From Octopus sinensis (Eukaryota), in the NCBI RefSeq assembly GCF_006345805.1, contig NW_021831835.1, forward strand, positions 1-64,000: a DNA stretch of 64,000 nucleotides, in the 5' to 3' direction. Positions 37,585 through 51,425 of the stretch are shown here, in pieces. Position 1 is the first letter of the stretch. Each line of letters starts with the position of its first letter. The notes beneath the pieces were generated by a model. It had not been told where the DNA came from, did no database searches, and saw only the letters and a program-made list of their open reading frames with translations. A program made the translations under genes and the position numbers.

Positions 37585-37742
37585 CATGGCTATGTGGTTA
37601 AGAAACTCACTTTGCAATCACGGGACTTCGGGTTCAGTCTCCACTCTGCAGCACTTTCGGCAAGTGTTTCTCATGTAACCTCGGGTCGAAGGAAGCCTTA
37701 TGGGTGAATGTGGCGCAGAAATTTCGTGGAAGTCTGTCGGCG
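37585..37742 (+). mobile_element. old, diverged SINE family A-like head
   Basis: TGGCTATGTGGTTAAG...GGGTTCAGTCTCC...GGCAAGTGT...GGGTCGA...GCCTT. Confidence 0.55.
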
Positions 37743-37802
37743 ACATATGTTTGCACCCTCTGCTGTAGGAGCTGTTAGTTCAAAGACGAACTCTCTTTAT
37801 CC

Positions 37803-37845
<43 letters not shown>

Positions 37846-37846
<1 letters not shown>

Positions 37847-38900
37847 TAGGTTGTCCGGAAAGTTCTGAGCGTTTTTAAGCTAAATCTTTTAACGCTTCAT
37901 TGAATATTCCATCAGCATAAAATTTTACTGGCTTTGAAGAAAAATAAAAGTTATCTAGATGCATTTTGACTTCATTTAAATCGTTAAATGTTTTCCCTTG
38001 AAATGAATTCTGTAGAAACAAAAAGTGGTAGTCGGGTGGCACTTCATCAGGAGAATATGGTGAATGAGATAAGAGATCTCAGCCCAAGTTCATGTAACTT
38101 TGTTCGGGTAGCGAAAAACACATGTAGTCAGGCATTGTCTTGCTGGAACACTACCCCTTTCCTGTTGGCAATCTCAGGCTTCAATTCTTCGAGTTTTTGG
38201 TTCAAATTAGCAAGCAGATGACAGTACACATCAGAATTAATGGTTTTGTGGGAGAAGCTGAGAGTAAATAATACCTTCATGATCCCACCAAACATAAAGC
38301 ATAGCTTTTTTGGCATGGATATTTGCATTTCGTTGCTGTTTGGGGGAATTCTTATGCAAACGCCAGGATCTTTTTCACACTACAATCCATTTTTCATCTC
38401 CAGTCACAAGTTTTTTCAAAAAGGTATGCTTTCATTCCGTTTCAAAAGCATATCTCAAACGAAATACCGGTCCAAGCAATTCTTTTCTGAGAGTTTGTGA
38501 GGGACCCATACATTATAGCTAGAAATGTATCCTAGCTTCACTAGGTGTTAATGAGCCATACTTTTAGAAACTTCCAACACATCTGCAAGCTCTCTAGTCG
38601 TGATATTTGAGTTTTCTTCGATTTTACCTTCAAAACATCTGCAGCTAATTTTGAAGACCTGTCATTTTCAAAAGCTAAACTCTCCAGCTTTAAATTTTGC
38701 AAACCACCTTAAAACAGATTATTCACCTGCAGCATCATCACCATAAACATTACAAATGTTTTTGCAAGTCTTTGCAGCATTTTCTCCGTTAAAAAAAAAC
38801 GCATTACAACGCGAATATGAAATTTTTGGTTATCCATTTCAAATGTCAATAAAGGGTAACCAGAACGAAAAGTGAATCCATTTTTAGTCAGGAACAAAGA
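37846..38900 (-). pseudogene. decayed mariner transposon, one TIR visible
   Basis: ATG at 38837 (MDNQKFHIRVVMRFF), VWVPHKL, LVTGDEKW, GVVFQQDNA and SPYSPDEVPPDY motifs across frameshifts. TA + TTAGGTTGTCCGG TIR at the left end; no matching right TIR. Confidence 0.85.
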
Positions 38901-39846
38901 TATGACTTTAAAATATTTAGGATCTTCTTTGTAATAAATAGAAAAGAATATTTCAGAAGTATATTCTGCGTATCTTGTCTGTTATTCTTAGATTTATAAT
39001 TCAGATTTCTCAGCTCGCCGTGATTTAGGGTTTATCTCGAAATGATTGCCTCCCTTACAATAACTGCCGCCAGGGCACCTCCTGTACACTGTAGATAATA
39101 CGGTTAAAACTACGATAAGATTGTCCTCTCTAGAATGCATATGGCTTAGTAACATCGATAAGCTGAAAGGAGAAGCGTTACGTGATTGCACAAATAGTAA
39201 TTGTGGACACATATTCCTTAAACTAAACACTATCGTCATTACAAACGACAGATTAGATAATATCATCAAAAGTATGTTAAGCATGAATAACTACCAATAG
39301 GTTGGTCGTGGCTGGAAAGCGTTTGATCAAAGATCTGTTCGAGCAGGTTCATCTGAGAATTAAGCAACAACAACAACAACAACAACAAAAATAACGATAA
39401 AAATGATTTTTTATAAATTTACAAGTTAAACGATTTATGTACAATTTAACACAGCTACGTTCCCAGAGCTCTCGTGTATCAACAATTATGTATTAAGCGG
39501 GAAAACATCAATCGATATCTGAGCTGATAAAAGACTCTAGTTTAGCTGTAGCTAGTCTCACTTCTACTCATATATAATCATAAGAGAAAGAGACCGACAG
39601 AGACAGCGACAGAGTGGAAATGATATACAGCTAACATACCAAACAACAAAGAGTAACATACTTTCACAGTGGTCCTGCGTTTTATTTGATCGTGGCTAAA
39701 AGACCTAGCTTCTCATAAGTAGGACCCACTCGCTGTGGTTTACCGTAAGCAGCGTCTTGTACTAAATCATTTTCATTAGATTCTAGTATTTAATAACACT
39801 AATATCAAACGCCATGTACGTACATACATGCATACATACATATATA

Positions 39847-40160
39847 CATCACCGTGACCACCGTGATCGACCTGGCTATCAGATGCTTATACACATCGCT
39901 GGCCACAATGCGCTTCGCATTGTTTTAGCCTTCAAATGACGCCACCCTGCTGGCTAAGCGAGCAAGCCAGCAGAAGAAAGAGTGAAAGAAAGTTGTAGCG
40001 AAAGAGTACAGCAGGGATCGCCACCCACCCCCCTGCCGGAGACTGGTGGAGCTTTAGGTGTTTTCGCTCAATAAACACTCACAACGCCCGGTCTGGGAAT
40101 CGAAACCGCGATCCTACAACCGCGAGTCCGCAGCCCTATCCACTGGGCCATTGCACCTCA
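39847..40160 (-). mobile_element. SINE family D, tail type 3
   Basis: Same head as 22149 and 28879; the tail (CTAAAACAATGCGAAGCGC...ATCTGATAGCC) also occurs alone at 36056-36135. Confidence 0.8.
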
Positions 40161-40204
40161 CATACATACACATGTACATACATACATACACACACACACA
40201 TACA

Positions 40205-40238
<34 letters not shown>

Positions 40239-40327
40239 CATACATACATGCATACACACACATACACACACACACATACATACACACACACATACATACA
40301 GTTTTGATTGGGAACTACTACCTAGTA

Positions 40328-40574
40328 TAAAAAAGATGTTCCTTCTCAAGCCATGCCAAGCTTATAAGGGCTGGTTTCCCGGTTTCAGTGGCGTAGAAAG
40401 TCTTCACCTGGAAGGGACGCCAGTCCGTCGCAGGATTACTCATTTTTGCCAGCGGAGCGGACAGGAACAACGTGAAATGGAGTGTTTTGCTCAAGAACAC
40501 AACGTGTCCCCCGGTCCTGGACAATCTTACGATCATGAGTTCAACACTCTAGCCACTAAGCCACGCGCCTCCAC
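40328..40574 (-). mobile_element. tRNA-derived SINE with V-domain-like core
   Basis: GGAGGCGCGTGGCTTAGTGG head; GACGGACTGGCGTCCCTTCCAGG...GAAACCGGGAAAC core. Confidence 0.75.
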
Positions 40575-40839
40575 AACTACTGTAGGAATCAAGATAATAT
40601 TTCGAAATGAAATTATTTGTAACAATCAGCCACAATGTTTAGTTAGCGATAATTTATGAAACGTTTGATAATCCGTCGGGAGTGAAGACGTCAAGTTGAT
40701 CATTACGAATAATTTCATTTAAAATTATAACGTTTTTTTTTTTTAACTTCTAAGGGTTCACAAGACATCGAGAACAATACAGAACGATATAATGAGGGCT
40801 TACATAAAAGCGTAAAATAATAGTAATAAAGCAACAAAA

Positions 40840-41170
40840 ATCTCAATCTTTATGAATTGTCGCATGAGATGGTGGCTGTTGTGGCCAGATCTGTTCGGTA
40901 TAGCGCACAATTGCACATCACCAATCAAGTCATCAACGACAGTTTTGAAATCTGCGTTGGTCAGAGTTTTGGGGCCAAAACATACCAATGCGATCCTCCT
41001 TGTCTGGGTCCGTTGTCAGTTGGTGCCACTTCTCCTTGAATCACAGAACGGGGGATTTTTCCCTTCTGTTGTCAGTTGCAGTAGTTATCTGGCAAGAGGT
41101 CTCCAAAACTAGTCTAGCATAGAAACATAAACTTCATAGGGCAGACCATTGAAATCAGACGATTTGACCC
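40840..41170 (-). pseudogene. decayed L1/Tx1-clade reverse transcriptase N-terminal fragment
   Basis: Across frameshifts: NGLPYEVY, FGDLL.D.YCN*QQ.GKIPRSV.QG, DPDKEDRIG, TL.NADFK, VDDLIGDVQLCAIPNRS..N.HLMR (RT domains 0-2). Confidence 0.7.
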
Positions 41171-41563
41171 CGTGCAGTCTACCATCGTTCATGTATCTTC
41201 GTGGTTGTCATCAGTTTTTCACAAGTCTACGCCACCCTTGCCGAAAGTCACAACAGTCAGTTGAGTTAGGCATTGAAATTCTTCATCCTGCCCTCTTATC
41301 CGCTACCCATTGTGATCCACCAAAGGCAGAATAAGTGGTTTTGTTGCTAAGTCAGCCTCCGACATTCGGGTTTATTAAATAGCTTTCATTCCTTCGTGAT
41401 TTAGAGCAGCGCTCTAAATTTGGCAATGCAGCCTACGTACTTTGCCTTGAAGAATTAGCAAGTACTGATCTCTGTGCAAACACGTCCGTTGCATTTCCGA
41501 AACGACTTCTAAACATTTGTCTCCCTAATGTTCGCTATATATATATGTATGTATGTACGTTTG

Positions 41564-41599
<36 letters not shown>

Positions 41600-42993
41600 T
41601 GTATGTATGTATGTATGTATGTATGTATGTATGTATGTATGTGTGTATGTATTTATGTGTATACATATACACACCTACGTATGTTTGTGTGCATATGTAT
41701 CCATACACACACATACGCACAATTGTAAGCGTTTGAGTTTGAATATAACTATTTAATAGGCTGTTGTTAAGTTTCAAGGTCCACGATGGCCTTCCCATCT
41801 TTTATTGAGAAGTAATGTATCCACTGTGTCATAGTTTATCTAATGCATCATATCCAATGCGTCCTGCCATATTTAACACCATATGTATTGCCGTATTTCT
41901 TGACCGTAATGAAATCCTTTAGTAAATCGGCTAAGTTGTTATCTACCGATACAATATTTCACAATGGTAAATCTATCCAGAAAACTATTGGAAATACAGC
42001 AGCAAAACTAAGACAAGAAAGTCTACATAGTTCCCAATCCTAATTTCCTTTCCACAAATGCCAGCATTTTATATAAACGATCGGAAATGTCTACATTGCT
42101 TCTAAATGTCAAACCATTCTACCGATTTCCTTTTGATCTTTCGTATTCTATTCCTTGCAATGTAGAATTGAAGAGAGATTCTTTACCCTTGTCTCTTGAA
42201 TTGGAACATATCAAAGGCAGGAAGAAAGCGAGAAAGACAGAAGGAAAGAAGGAAACAAAAGAGGAAAGGAAAGAAAGGTGGGAAGAAAGGAAGAAGAGAT
42301 TTTGAAAGAAAGAACGAAAGAAAGAATTAGAGGGAAAAGTGAAAGCCAATGGGATGTTATGCAGGTGGATTCGACAGAATAAACAGCTACAGGTGAAAAG
42401 GCTTCGGTGAAAGATGAACATTTATCAGGTATCACGGTTTCAGTTGAAAAGGTTAGGATATAAGGCGTTATCATGAAATCATGACGATAACATTCGAGAA
42501 ATTACGAGAAACATTTTGAGAAATCGTTGTTTTCTCTATGTGATTTATTTTCTATGTGTGGGTTGAATAAACTGTGTAGATAGATGGCAGAGATGGCTTA
42601 CGTAACAGATACACAAGCTGAGAACGATAGAGAGTAAAAAAATAACAACATTGAGTCAGTCGCTAGTAACACACGTGGACAGAGAGACAAAGAGAGAAAT
42701 GATATATACGGGAAAGAGGAAACAGAGAGGAAAGGCAGAGAGAATGAATCAATGGAAAATAGATCAATACACACGCATATATGTATAAATAGACATACAC
42801 ATATAGGACTTCCTCAGTTTTATTGATTAAGAGGAGTATGGTCTACACGTTGGTACCGAAAGTTTATTAAATCGAAGGCAAATAGGCTAATATGAAGCAG
42901 ATGCGGTTGTTTATGCCGAAATTTTGTTACATTAAAGCTAGCCTAGAGATTATTTAATATTGCTGTTATTGTAGAAAGAAAAAAGTTTTCATA

Positions 42994-43388
42994 CGCAGGA
43001 GTGGCTGTGTGGTAAGTAGCTTGTTTACCAACCACATGGTTCCGGGTTCAGTCCCACTGCGTGGCACCTTGGGCAAGTGCCTTCTACTATAGCCTCGGGC
43101 CGACCAAAGCCTTGTGAGTGGATTTGGTAGACGGAAACTGAAAGAAGCCCGTCGTATATATGTATATATGTATGCGTGTGTGTGTTTGTGTGTCTGTGTT
43201 TGTCCCCTAGCATTGCTTGACAACCGATGCTGGTGTGTTTATGACCCCGTCACTTAGCGGTTCGGCAAAAGAAAACGATAGAATAAGTACTGGGCTTACA
43301 AAGAATAAGTGTCGGGGTCGAGTTGGTCGATTAAATGCGGTGCTCCAGCATGGCCGCAGTCAAATGATTGAAACAAGTAAAAGAGTAA
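42994..43388 (+). mobile_element. SINE family A, full length
   Basis: Near-identical to 215-600. Confidence 0.88.
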
Positions 43389-44014
43389 AGAGAGAGAGTA
43401 CTAGTGCACAATATAAAATGACACTACTGTAAGTATGTATAAGTTTTATTTACTACAACTATAGGTATGGAGTTAGTACAGCACGGTAGTCGCGGTACAC
43501 TAGTCATTATTCAATGTCTGAAGGTAGAATTGGAGTTGAATCTACGATATTCTGCCTCTTCCCGAAATGTTTACAATTGAAGTTACTGGAGATCAAATAA
43601 GGATGGATGTCACTGAAATTAGCTTAAAGAAATTTTCAGACGTCTGCCACGAAATCATGTGTATGTACCCACGTATATCTGGCGCCATGGATCTCGTGAT
43701 TAAGAAATGTGTGTGTGTGTGTATGTGTCATTGTTATTATGTTTAACTGTCGTATGTTCAAATTTGGCCAAATGCGTTTTTCCTTCAATATTTATTTTTG
43801 CTTGCAATAGCCGGTTATTTTGGTCAAACTATCATACCTTCAGCTGCTTCAGATATCAAGATATCAAAGATTGTCAAAATGTATTACAACAGTTTTGCTA
43901 TGGAATCGTGAAACTTCTCTCGTTTCCTGATAAAGCAACGTTTTGTACTTACGACACTTTTGCATAATTGTGTCTGGGGAGAGTCAAAAACGAAATATAT
44001 ATATATAGTCTTTT

Positions 44015-44235
44015 ACTCTTTTACTTGTTTCAGCCATTTGACTGCAACCATGCTGAACCACCGCCTTTTAGTCGAGCAAATCGACCCCAGGGCTTATTCA
44101 TTCTTTGTAAGCCTAGAACTTATTCTATCGGTCTCTTTTGCTGAACTGCTAAGTTATAGGGGACGTAAACACACTAACATCGGTTGTCAATCGACTGTGG
44201 AGGGGTACAAACACAGAAACACAAACACACACACA
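44015..44235 (-). mobile_element. SINE family A, 3' half
   Basis: Reverse complement of the family A tail. Confidence 0.8.
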
Positions 44236-44458
44236 AACCACAGACAAGCAATTTATAAAGAAATAAAAGATACTCTATGGCGTTGGGTATAGTTTTTCAC
44301 AACTCTCTGTAACCAAAAAGACGCAACATCAGTTCGGAATCGATAAATATAATAATCGAACAAGGCCGGTGGATTGGCATATTGCGATTGTGAAAGATGA
44401 AAGGCAAAGTTGATATCGGCAGTGTTTGAACTCAGAGCGCCGCTATATTATATATTCT

Positions 44459-44494
<36 letters not shown>

Positions 44495-44754
44495 ACACAG
44501 GTATATATATATATATATATACGTATATGTCAGTGTGTGAGGGTGTATGTGTATGTATGCATGAAATTAGATATATGACAAAGGAACCGGAAATTATGCA
44601 ATTCAGAAGCACAAGGATATTGAGTTCCAACCCCAGGTTATTAGTGTCGCCAAGCCCAAGTGCCAAAATTAATATGTACGTGTGTGTGTGTGTGTGTAAT
44701 ATATATATATAATAAATATGCATAACACATATAATATATATATATATATATACA

Positions 44755-44905
44755 GGGAGAGTTTACGAAAAAACCCAAAGACGAAGACAGGTGGTATACA
44801 AAACAAACAGATGCATTAGTATAATGCTCAGGAATAGAACAAGTCTTTTACGTTTCGGGCCTACGCTCTTCTACAGAAAGGGACACAGAAAAAAACAAGG
44901 AAAAA
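44755..44905 (-). mobile_element. short PLE pseudo-LTR-like unit with hammerhead-like motif (44845-44880), (TA)n on both sides
   Basis: Minus strand CTTT-CTGTAGA-A-GAGC/GTAG/GCCC-GAAA-CG-TA-AAAG; 4-bp stem I. Confidence 0.55.
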
Positions 44906-44906
44906 A

Positions 44907-45063
<157 letters not shown>

Positions 45064-45426
45064 CAGCAACCACATGGTTCCGGGTTTACCCCCATTGCGT
45101 GGCACCTTGGGCAAGTGTCTTCTGCTATGGCATCGGGCCGACCAAAACCTTGTGAATGGATTTGGTAGACGGAAGCCGTCGTATATATGTATATCTATAT
45201 ATGTGTGCGTATGTGTTTGTGTGTCTGTGTTTGTACCCCTCCACAGTCGATTGACAACCGATGCTAGTGTGTTTACGTCCCCTATACCTTAGCAGTTCAG
45301 CAAAAGAGACCGATAGAATAAGTACTAGGCTTACAAAGAATAAGTCCTGGGGTCGATGTACTCGACTAAAGGCGTTGCTGAAGCATGGCCGTAGACAAAT
45401 GACTAAAACAAGTAAAAGAATAAAAG
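45064..45426 (+). mobile_element. SINE family A lacking the A-box end
   Basis: Starts at CAACCACATGGTTCC directly after (TA)n. Confidence 0.82.
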
Positions 45427-45464
45427 GATTGAATATATGTGCGTGTATGCATATATGTATATAG

Positions 45465-45761
<297 letters not shown>

Positions 45762-45845
45762 GTTTCTTTATTGGCCACACAGGGCTGCACACAGAGATAG
45801 ATAGATAGATACAGATATATGCATACATAGAAACATATACATGTA

Positions 45846-47133
45846 CGAGGGACGCTCAATAAGTAATGCCCCTGACCCACTTGCAGTTGTTTGATCTAGC
45901 TGAAATTTTGCATGTGCACTTATTCATATCTCTACACATTAAGTAGTAAATTACAGCTCTGTACTAATTGTGGTTTCTGATTTACAGATGTTTGAACTGA
46001 GTCAAGTGTGAAATGGAGCCTGTTGAGTGTCGAGCAGTGATCCAGTTTTTGTATTTGAAAGGAGGCACACCACGGGAGACTTTTGATGAAATGAAAGTAA
46101 CTTATGGTGATGATGCCCCATCATATGACCTTGTAAAACGCTGGCATCATGAATTCAAACATGGAACTCTGTGGAAACAGCTCCCAGATCTGTTCGCCCC
46201 CCTTCTGCTATTGATGAGGCATTTGTCCGTCAAGTTGAGGCTGCCATTTTGGAAGATCGACGCATAACTATTCGCCAAATAGCCCATGAGGTCAAGATTA
46301 GTACCGGATCTGTGGAAACTATCATTCATGACCATTTGCATATGCAAAAGGTGTCTGCCAGATGGATTCCCAGGTTGCTCACGCCTTTCCAGAAGCAAGA
46401 ACGCGTCGAGTGATCGAGGATGAATTTGGAGATGTGCCAAGAAGATGAGTCAAAATTTTTCAAAAGACTAATTACACAGGATGAAACCTGGGTCCATCAC
46501 TATGATCCAGAGACCAAAGCCCGGTCAATGCAGTGGAATTACCGTGACTCATCTCCTCCAAAGAAGGCAAGGGTGCAGCCCTCCGCTCGCAAGGTCATGC
46601 TCACAGTCTTCTGGGACCAGGACGGAGTAGTGATGACAGATTTCCTGACAAAGGGTACCACAATTACAGGAGCCTATTATGCTTCACTTCTGAGGAAATC
46701 AAGAGAAGCTATCAAAATCAAGAGGCGGGGCAAGATCAGCAAAGGCATCCTCCTCCTTCAGGATAACGCCCCGGTCCACAACTCGCGTGTCGCCAGATCA
46801 GAAGCACAGGCGTGCTGCTATGAAATCCTCCCCCATCCCCCTACTCTCCTGACCTTGCACCCTCTCATTTTCGCCTCTTCCCAGCCATGAAGTTGTTTTT
46901 GAAAGGAAAGCGTTTCCCAGATGATGCAGCCTTGATTTCTGAAGTCACGTCGTGGTTGGAGGACCAAGCTGGGGTCTTCTACAAAAACGGTCTCCAGAGC
47001 TGCATCAAACGATGGGAGAAATGCGTAACTCTGGGTGCTTCCTATGTAGAAAAGGACTTATTAATGTGCCAAGTTTCGTTGGTCTACTGTTATGGGAAGT
47101 GGGTCAGGGGCATTACTTATTGAACGCCCCTCG
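45846..47133 (+). mobile_element. full-length 1288-bp mariner (irritans-like) with ~37-bp TIRs and TA TSD
   Basis: TA-CGAGGGACGCTCAATAAGTAATGCCCCTGACCCACTT at the left and its reverse complement with 2 mismatches at the right, followed by TA. Confidence 0.95.
46013..47062 (+). pseudogene. mariner transposase pseudogene
   Basis: WIPRLL, ITQDETW, LLLQDNAP and YSPDLAP motifs. Frameshifts near 46165 and 46840, a stop near 46411, and the third catalytic Asp reads His (PSH). Confidence 0.93.
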
Positions 47134-47268
47134 TATATAATATATAGTAAGTATATATAAAAAAATTGTGCTGGCATTCGTGTGTGTGTGTATCTCTGTA
47201 TGTGTGTATGTCTATGTGGTGTGTGTGTGCCTGCGTATAATATATATATGTAAAATATTTATGTACAT

Positions 47269-47317
<49 letters not shown>

Positions 47318-48339
47318 ATATAGATAGATTGATACACACATACATACATATATACATGCATACACATATACATACATACACATGTACATAACGTGTAGTA
47401 AGTATATATATATATATAGAAAAAACGTGTGTGGGCATTTATGTAATATCTGTGTGTGTGTATGTGTGTGTGTGCGTTTATTTACATACATATCATGTGA
47501 ATACGTTTCATACATATGTCAATACATACGTACATGCACATTATACCCACTAATATCTATGAATATATATCTATCAAATATACGTGTGTAATTTTGTGTG
47601 CTTCTCTGTCAATATATGTATTCGTTTATATATTTATATACATACTTATTTACTTATTATACGTCGCTATACGTATCTATGAAAATTATTTTCCTACTCA
47701 CGGGCAAATTCACACGTCAGACATTTTATCCTTTTGGACAGCAGTCTCAATATATAGCCGCTAACATCAGCACCATTGTCAAAACGTCTAGTTATCATTA
47801 ATTCGTAATAGCTTAAACAAAGTAAGGCAACACATGCAGACAATGTATCAAAATATAATATATACTAAATCACTCAAATCACGAAGCTGAAAGAAAACCA
47901 ATGAGAAAACTATTGAAGATTATTACTAAAACAAAATGGCATGATTATTCATGTTATTTTCTCGCCAATTGACAAAACATCAAAGGCGTTAAGTTGCTTT
48001 ATTTTGACATCAAACTAAAGACTATCAATTTTCACTGCGTTTTGTCTTTGAGTTAAGACTCCGATGTGTCATGATGCATTAAGCTATCATTTATACCAAA
48101 TGTTTATAAAGATTATGCTTTGCGTTATATTTTTATCTCATAAAAATGTATAGACAAGACGTTGGTAAGATCTGTGAAGCAGAATCTGTTGGAGCGGGGT
48201 GGGAGGGGGGGCGAGGTCATGGAACATCAGAACGGAATGAATACATGCTCCCGTCGTTTCGTTTAGTTTCGATTCGAGTTCTTGTCTGCACATGCGTATG
48301 ATTGCAAGCATGCATGCATGCCGGCATGCTTGAATGTAC

Positions 48340-48593
48340 GTATGTGTGTATGTATGCATGCATGTATGTATGTATGTATGTATGTATGTATGTATGTATG
48401 GATGGATGGATGGATGTATGAATGGATGTATGTATGTATGGATAGATGGTGGATGGATGGATGGATGGATGGATGGATGGATTGATGGATGGATGGATGG
48501 ATGGATGGATGGATGGATGGATGATGGATGGATGAACGTGTGAAGTTATGTATTTATCTCTATCTCTTTTAGTATACGTGTCGTTGCATATAC

Positions 48594-48628
<35 letters not shown>

Positions 48629-48638
48629 TGTATGTATG

Positions 48639-48669
<31 letters not shown>

Positions 48670-48775
48670 TAGCGACAGGAGCAGTACTAATACCAAAAAG
48701 TTATATTTACGTACCGCAGTATTGTGTGCTTTAATACAACATCCACCTTTAAGTGGGGATAATATCACCTTATAT

Positions 48776-48800
<25 letters not shown>
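48340..48800. repeat. (TGTA)n, (GGAT)n and (TA)n microsatellites
   Basis: Directly visible. Confidence 0.9.
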
Positions 48801-48810
<10 letters not shown>

Positions 48811-49233
48811 CCTCTTTATTTATGTTGCTCGTCAGTATCTATTATACGTTCAGAGATAGTTTTGATATTACGACATACAACATCACTTTTATTCAGGTTA
48901 TTTCTACTCTCTTTCTCCAGCCTTAAATCCTTCTATGTATTTCGTTTGTAAATTAATAATCTACTTGATGTTGCATCTAATCAACCGCAGTTCTCCATAA
49001 TCTCCCGCTTATTTGCACAATCTTCATACAAGCTAGTCACATTATGCAAGCTAGATTAGTACTACTTCAATGAAACAATAAACTTAAAACATCGAATGAA
49101 GTCTGGAGATAATAGTCTCATTAACCATGACAACAATATTACTACTACGAATACGCCCTAGTCATTTTATATAACCTTCAACGCCGTTTCATTTCTTAAT
49201 CTTTACACAGCTGTAATTTATTTCCCCATTTTT

Positions 49234-49440
49234 AGGGCGGTGAGCTGGCAGAATCATTAGCACGCCGTGCAAAATACTCAGTGACATTTCGTCTGGCTTT
49301 ACATTTCGAGTTCAAATTCCACCCAGATCGACTTTGCATTTCATTATTTCGGGGCCCCTAACATAAATAGAAATCTTGCACTAGGACCGATGTCTTATAC
49401 CCATCACCGTAATTATTGGCCTTGTACCAATATTTGGAAC
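49234..49440 (+). mobile_element. diverged SINE family B copy
   Basis: GGCGGTGAGCTGGCAGAATC head and GAGTTCAAATTCC B-box. Confidence 0.75.
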
Positions 49441-50914
49441 CAATATTACCAACATCAAAATAAATTCTTATATATCTCAGACAGCGCTATTTATTTCACA
49501 CACGAACATCCTAGACAAGTATCTGAATGATGTTCATATATCCGATTGGTTCATACTCACCAGCATGTTATAACACCTGTCTTATTGTTGTACCGTGCCT
49601 TCCTTCAGTCATTTCCACCCGTATTATATGAATCATTTTGTAGATGTTAAATTTGGAAGTCAACCTGAACGGGATTCATACAGCGATAACATCTTACACA
49701 AATGTTCTCAAAGCCTGTGGGTAGCTGTGAGTACACAATTTTGACAAATGCCGTTGAGGTCCAAATGCATTTGACATTCTCATTTGCCACTGCTTGGACG
49801 AATTTCATCTTCATGCGACATATCTGGTACTTTTAAACACAGCACCTACTGATAAAATGTCATATCGGGACGAATGCCACAGTAAAAGGGCCTATTAACA
49901 ATGTATGTACATTGAAAAATTGCCACGAAATTTTGGGAGACGGTTTAAGATCAATATAATTTACCGTAAGATGATTGGTTCGAGATATTTAACTGTAATC
50001 TGTTATTTTAAGGAGTCTCGGAGACACCACCGTTACCTGATTTAATCGATTCTGTATTTGCTTGGCTTTGTCTTTACTTTATCACTTAGGAAATATGGGG
50101 GGGGGGGGGTTATTAGCCTCGATAGAAATTGAAATTACAACACAAAATATTGAAATTAAAGCAGTGCTAATAACGTAAACATTATCGATGACGTATTCAG
50201 CATGTATGTGTTTTATTTATACACCCATTAGCTGCGGTATAGCGTCGTGGAAAACATCCCTCGGCGTCGTGAATGGACGTTTGGTAGGACGTTATCGTGC
50301 AGTTAATGGGTGTATGAACAAAACAAACAACGAATGCGTCATTTTTAATGTTTTCAAATAATTGGAATTTGAGCACCACAAGACATTTTGTCAGGCGCTC
50401 TGACAATTCCACCTATCCAAACCGATGTAATAAAATGAATATATTAATTTGCAAGGAGGACTAAATTAAGCATTGCAAATTAATGACGCACACGTTAATT
50501 ATACAGTACACTTGCTGTTTACTGTGGCGATATTCACATAATACATTCTACATAGATGTAGAATGGGAAGGTACGATTAATAATTTCGGCCTACAATATT
50601 GCTCTGTGCCGCCAGTAAAGAGATACAATTGTGCTCTCAGCAACTTATTTTTGATATTCAATCAACTGAGATATCTGAAATCCATATTTGAATATAAATT
50701 TAAGCAATTTGGAAAATTTGACTTTAATTTCCTGATAGCTTTTCTGAACGGAAACATAACAAAATTAGGTCTTTAGAAATTAAAAAATAATTAATATTCA
50801 TTCAAATGTAGCTGTCTATTAGTTTGTATTGGATTTATTATAATTACAAGTTATCATTTTATTCTAAATGGAATTTCAAAAATTAATAATAATAATAATA
50901 TAATAATAATAATA

Positions 50915-50951
<37 letters not shown>

Positions 50952-51214
50952 CTCCATATTCAGAAATGAAATGCTAATATAGAATAGCGTTATTATCCTA
51001 TAACCAGTAATTTCTACAAACGTCCATATAGTGGTGCGAAATTAATTAGTTTGTGGATGCGATGAAGAAAACCTCTACTCATTATTTGTAACAAATTGAG
51101 AGATGATGAAAAGCAGTGTCGGCAAAGCGTGGGAGAAAATACAAGTTGTATATCAATACGTCTCTTTACAACCTGAGTTCGAATCCTATCGAAGATGAAT
51201 TCACGTATATAAGG

Positions 51215-51425
51215 CGACGAAGCTGGTAGAATCGTTAGCGCACCGAAAAAAAAAACAACAAAAGAATGCTTCGCGGCATTTCTTCTGTCTTTATGTTCTG
51301 AGTTCAAATTCCGCCGAGATCGAATCTGCTTTTTATCCTCTCGGAATCAATGAAATTAGCACCAGTTAAGTACTGGGTTCGATGTGGACGACTTTTCGCC
51401 TCCTCTGAAAAACTGCTAGCCATGT
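51215..51425 (+). mobile_element. diverged SINE family B copy
   Basis: GCTGGTAGAATCGTTAGC head, GAGTTCAAATTCCGCCGAG and core. Confidence 0.75.
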
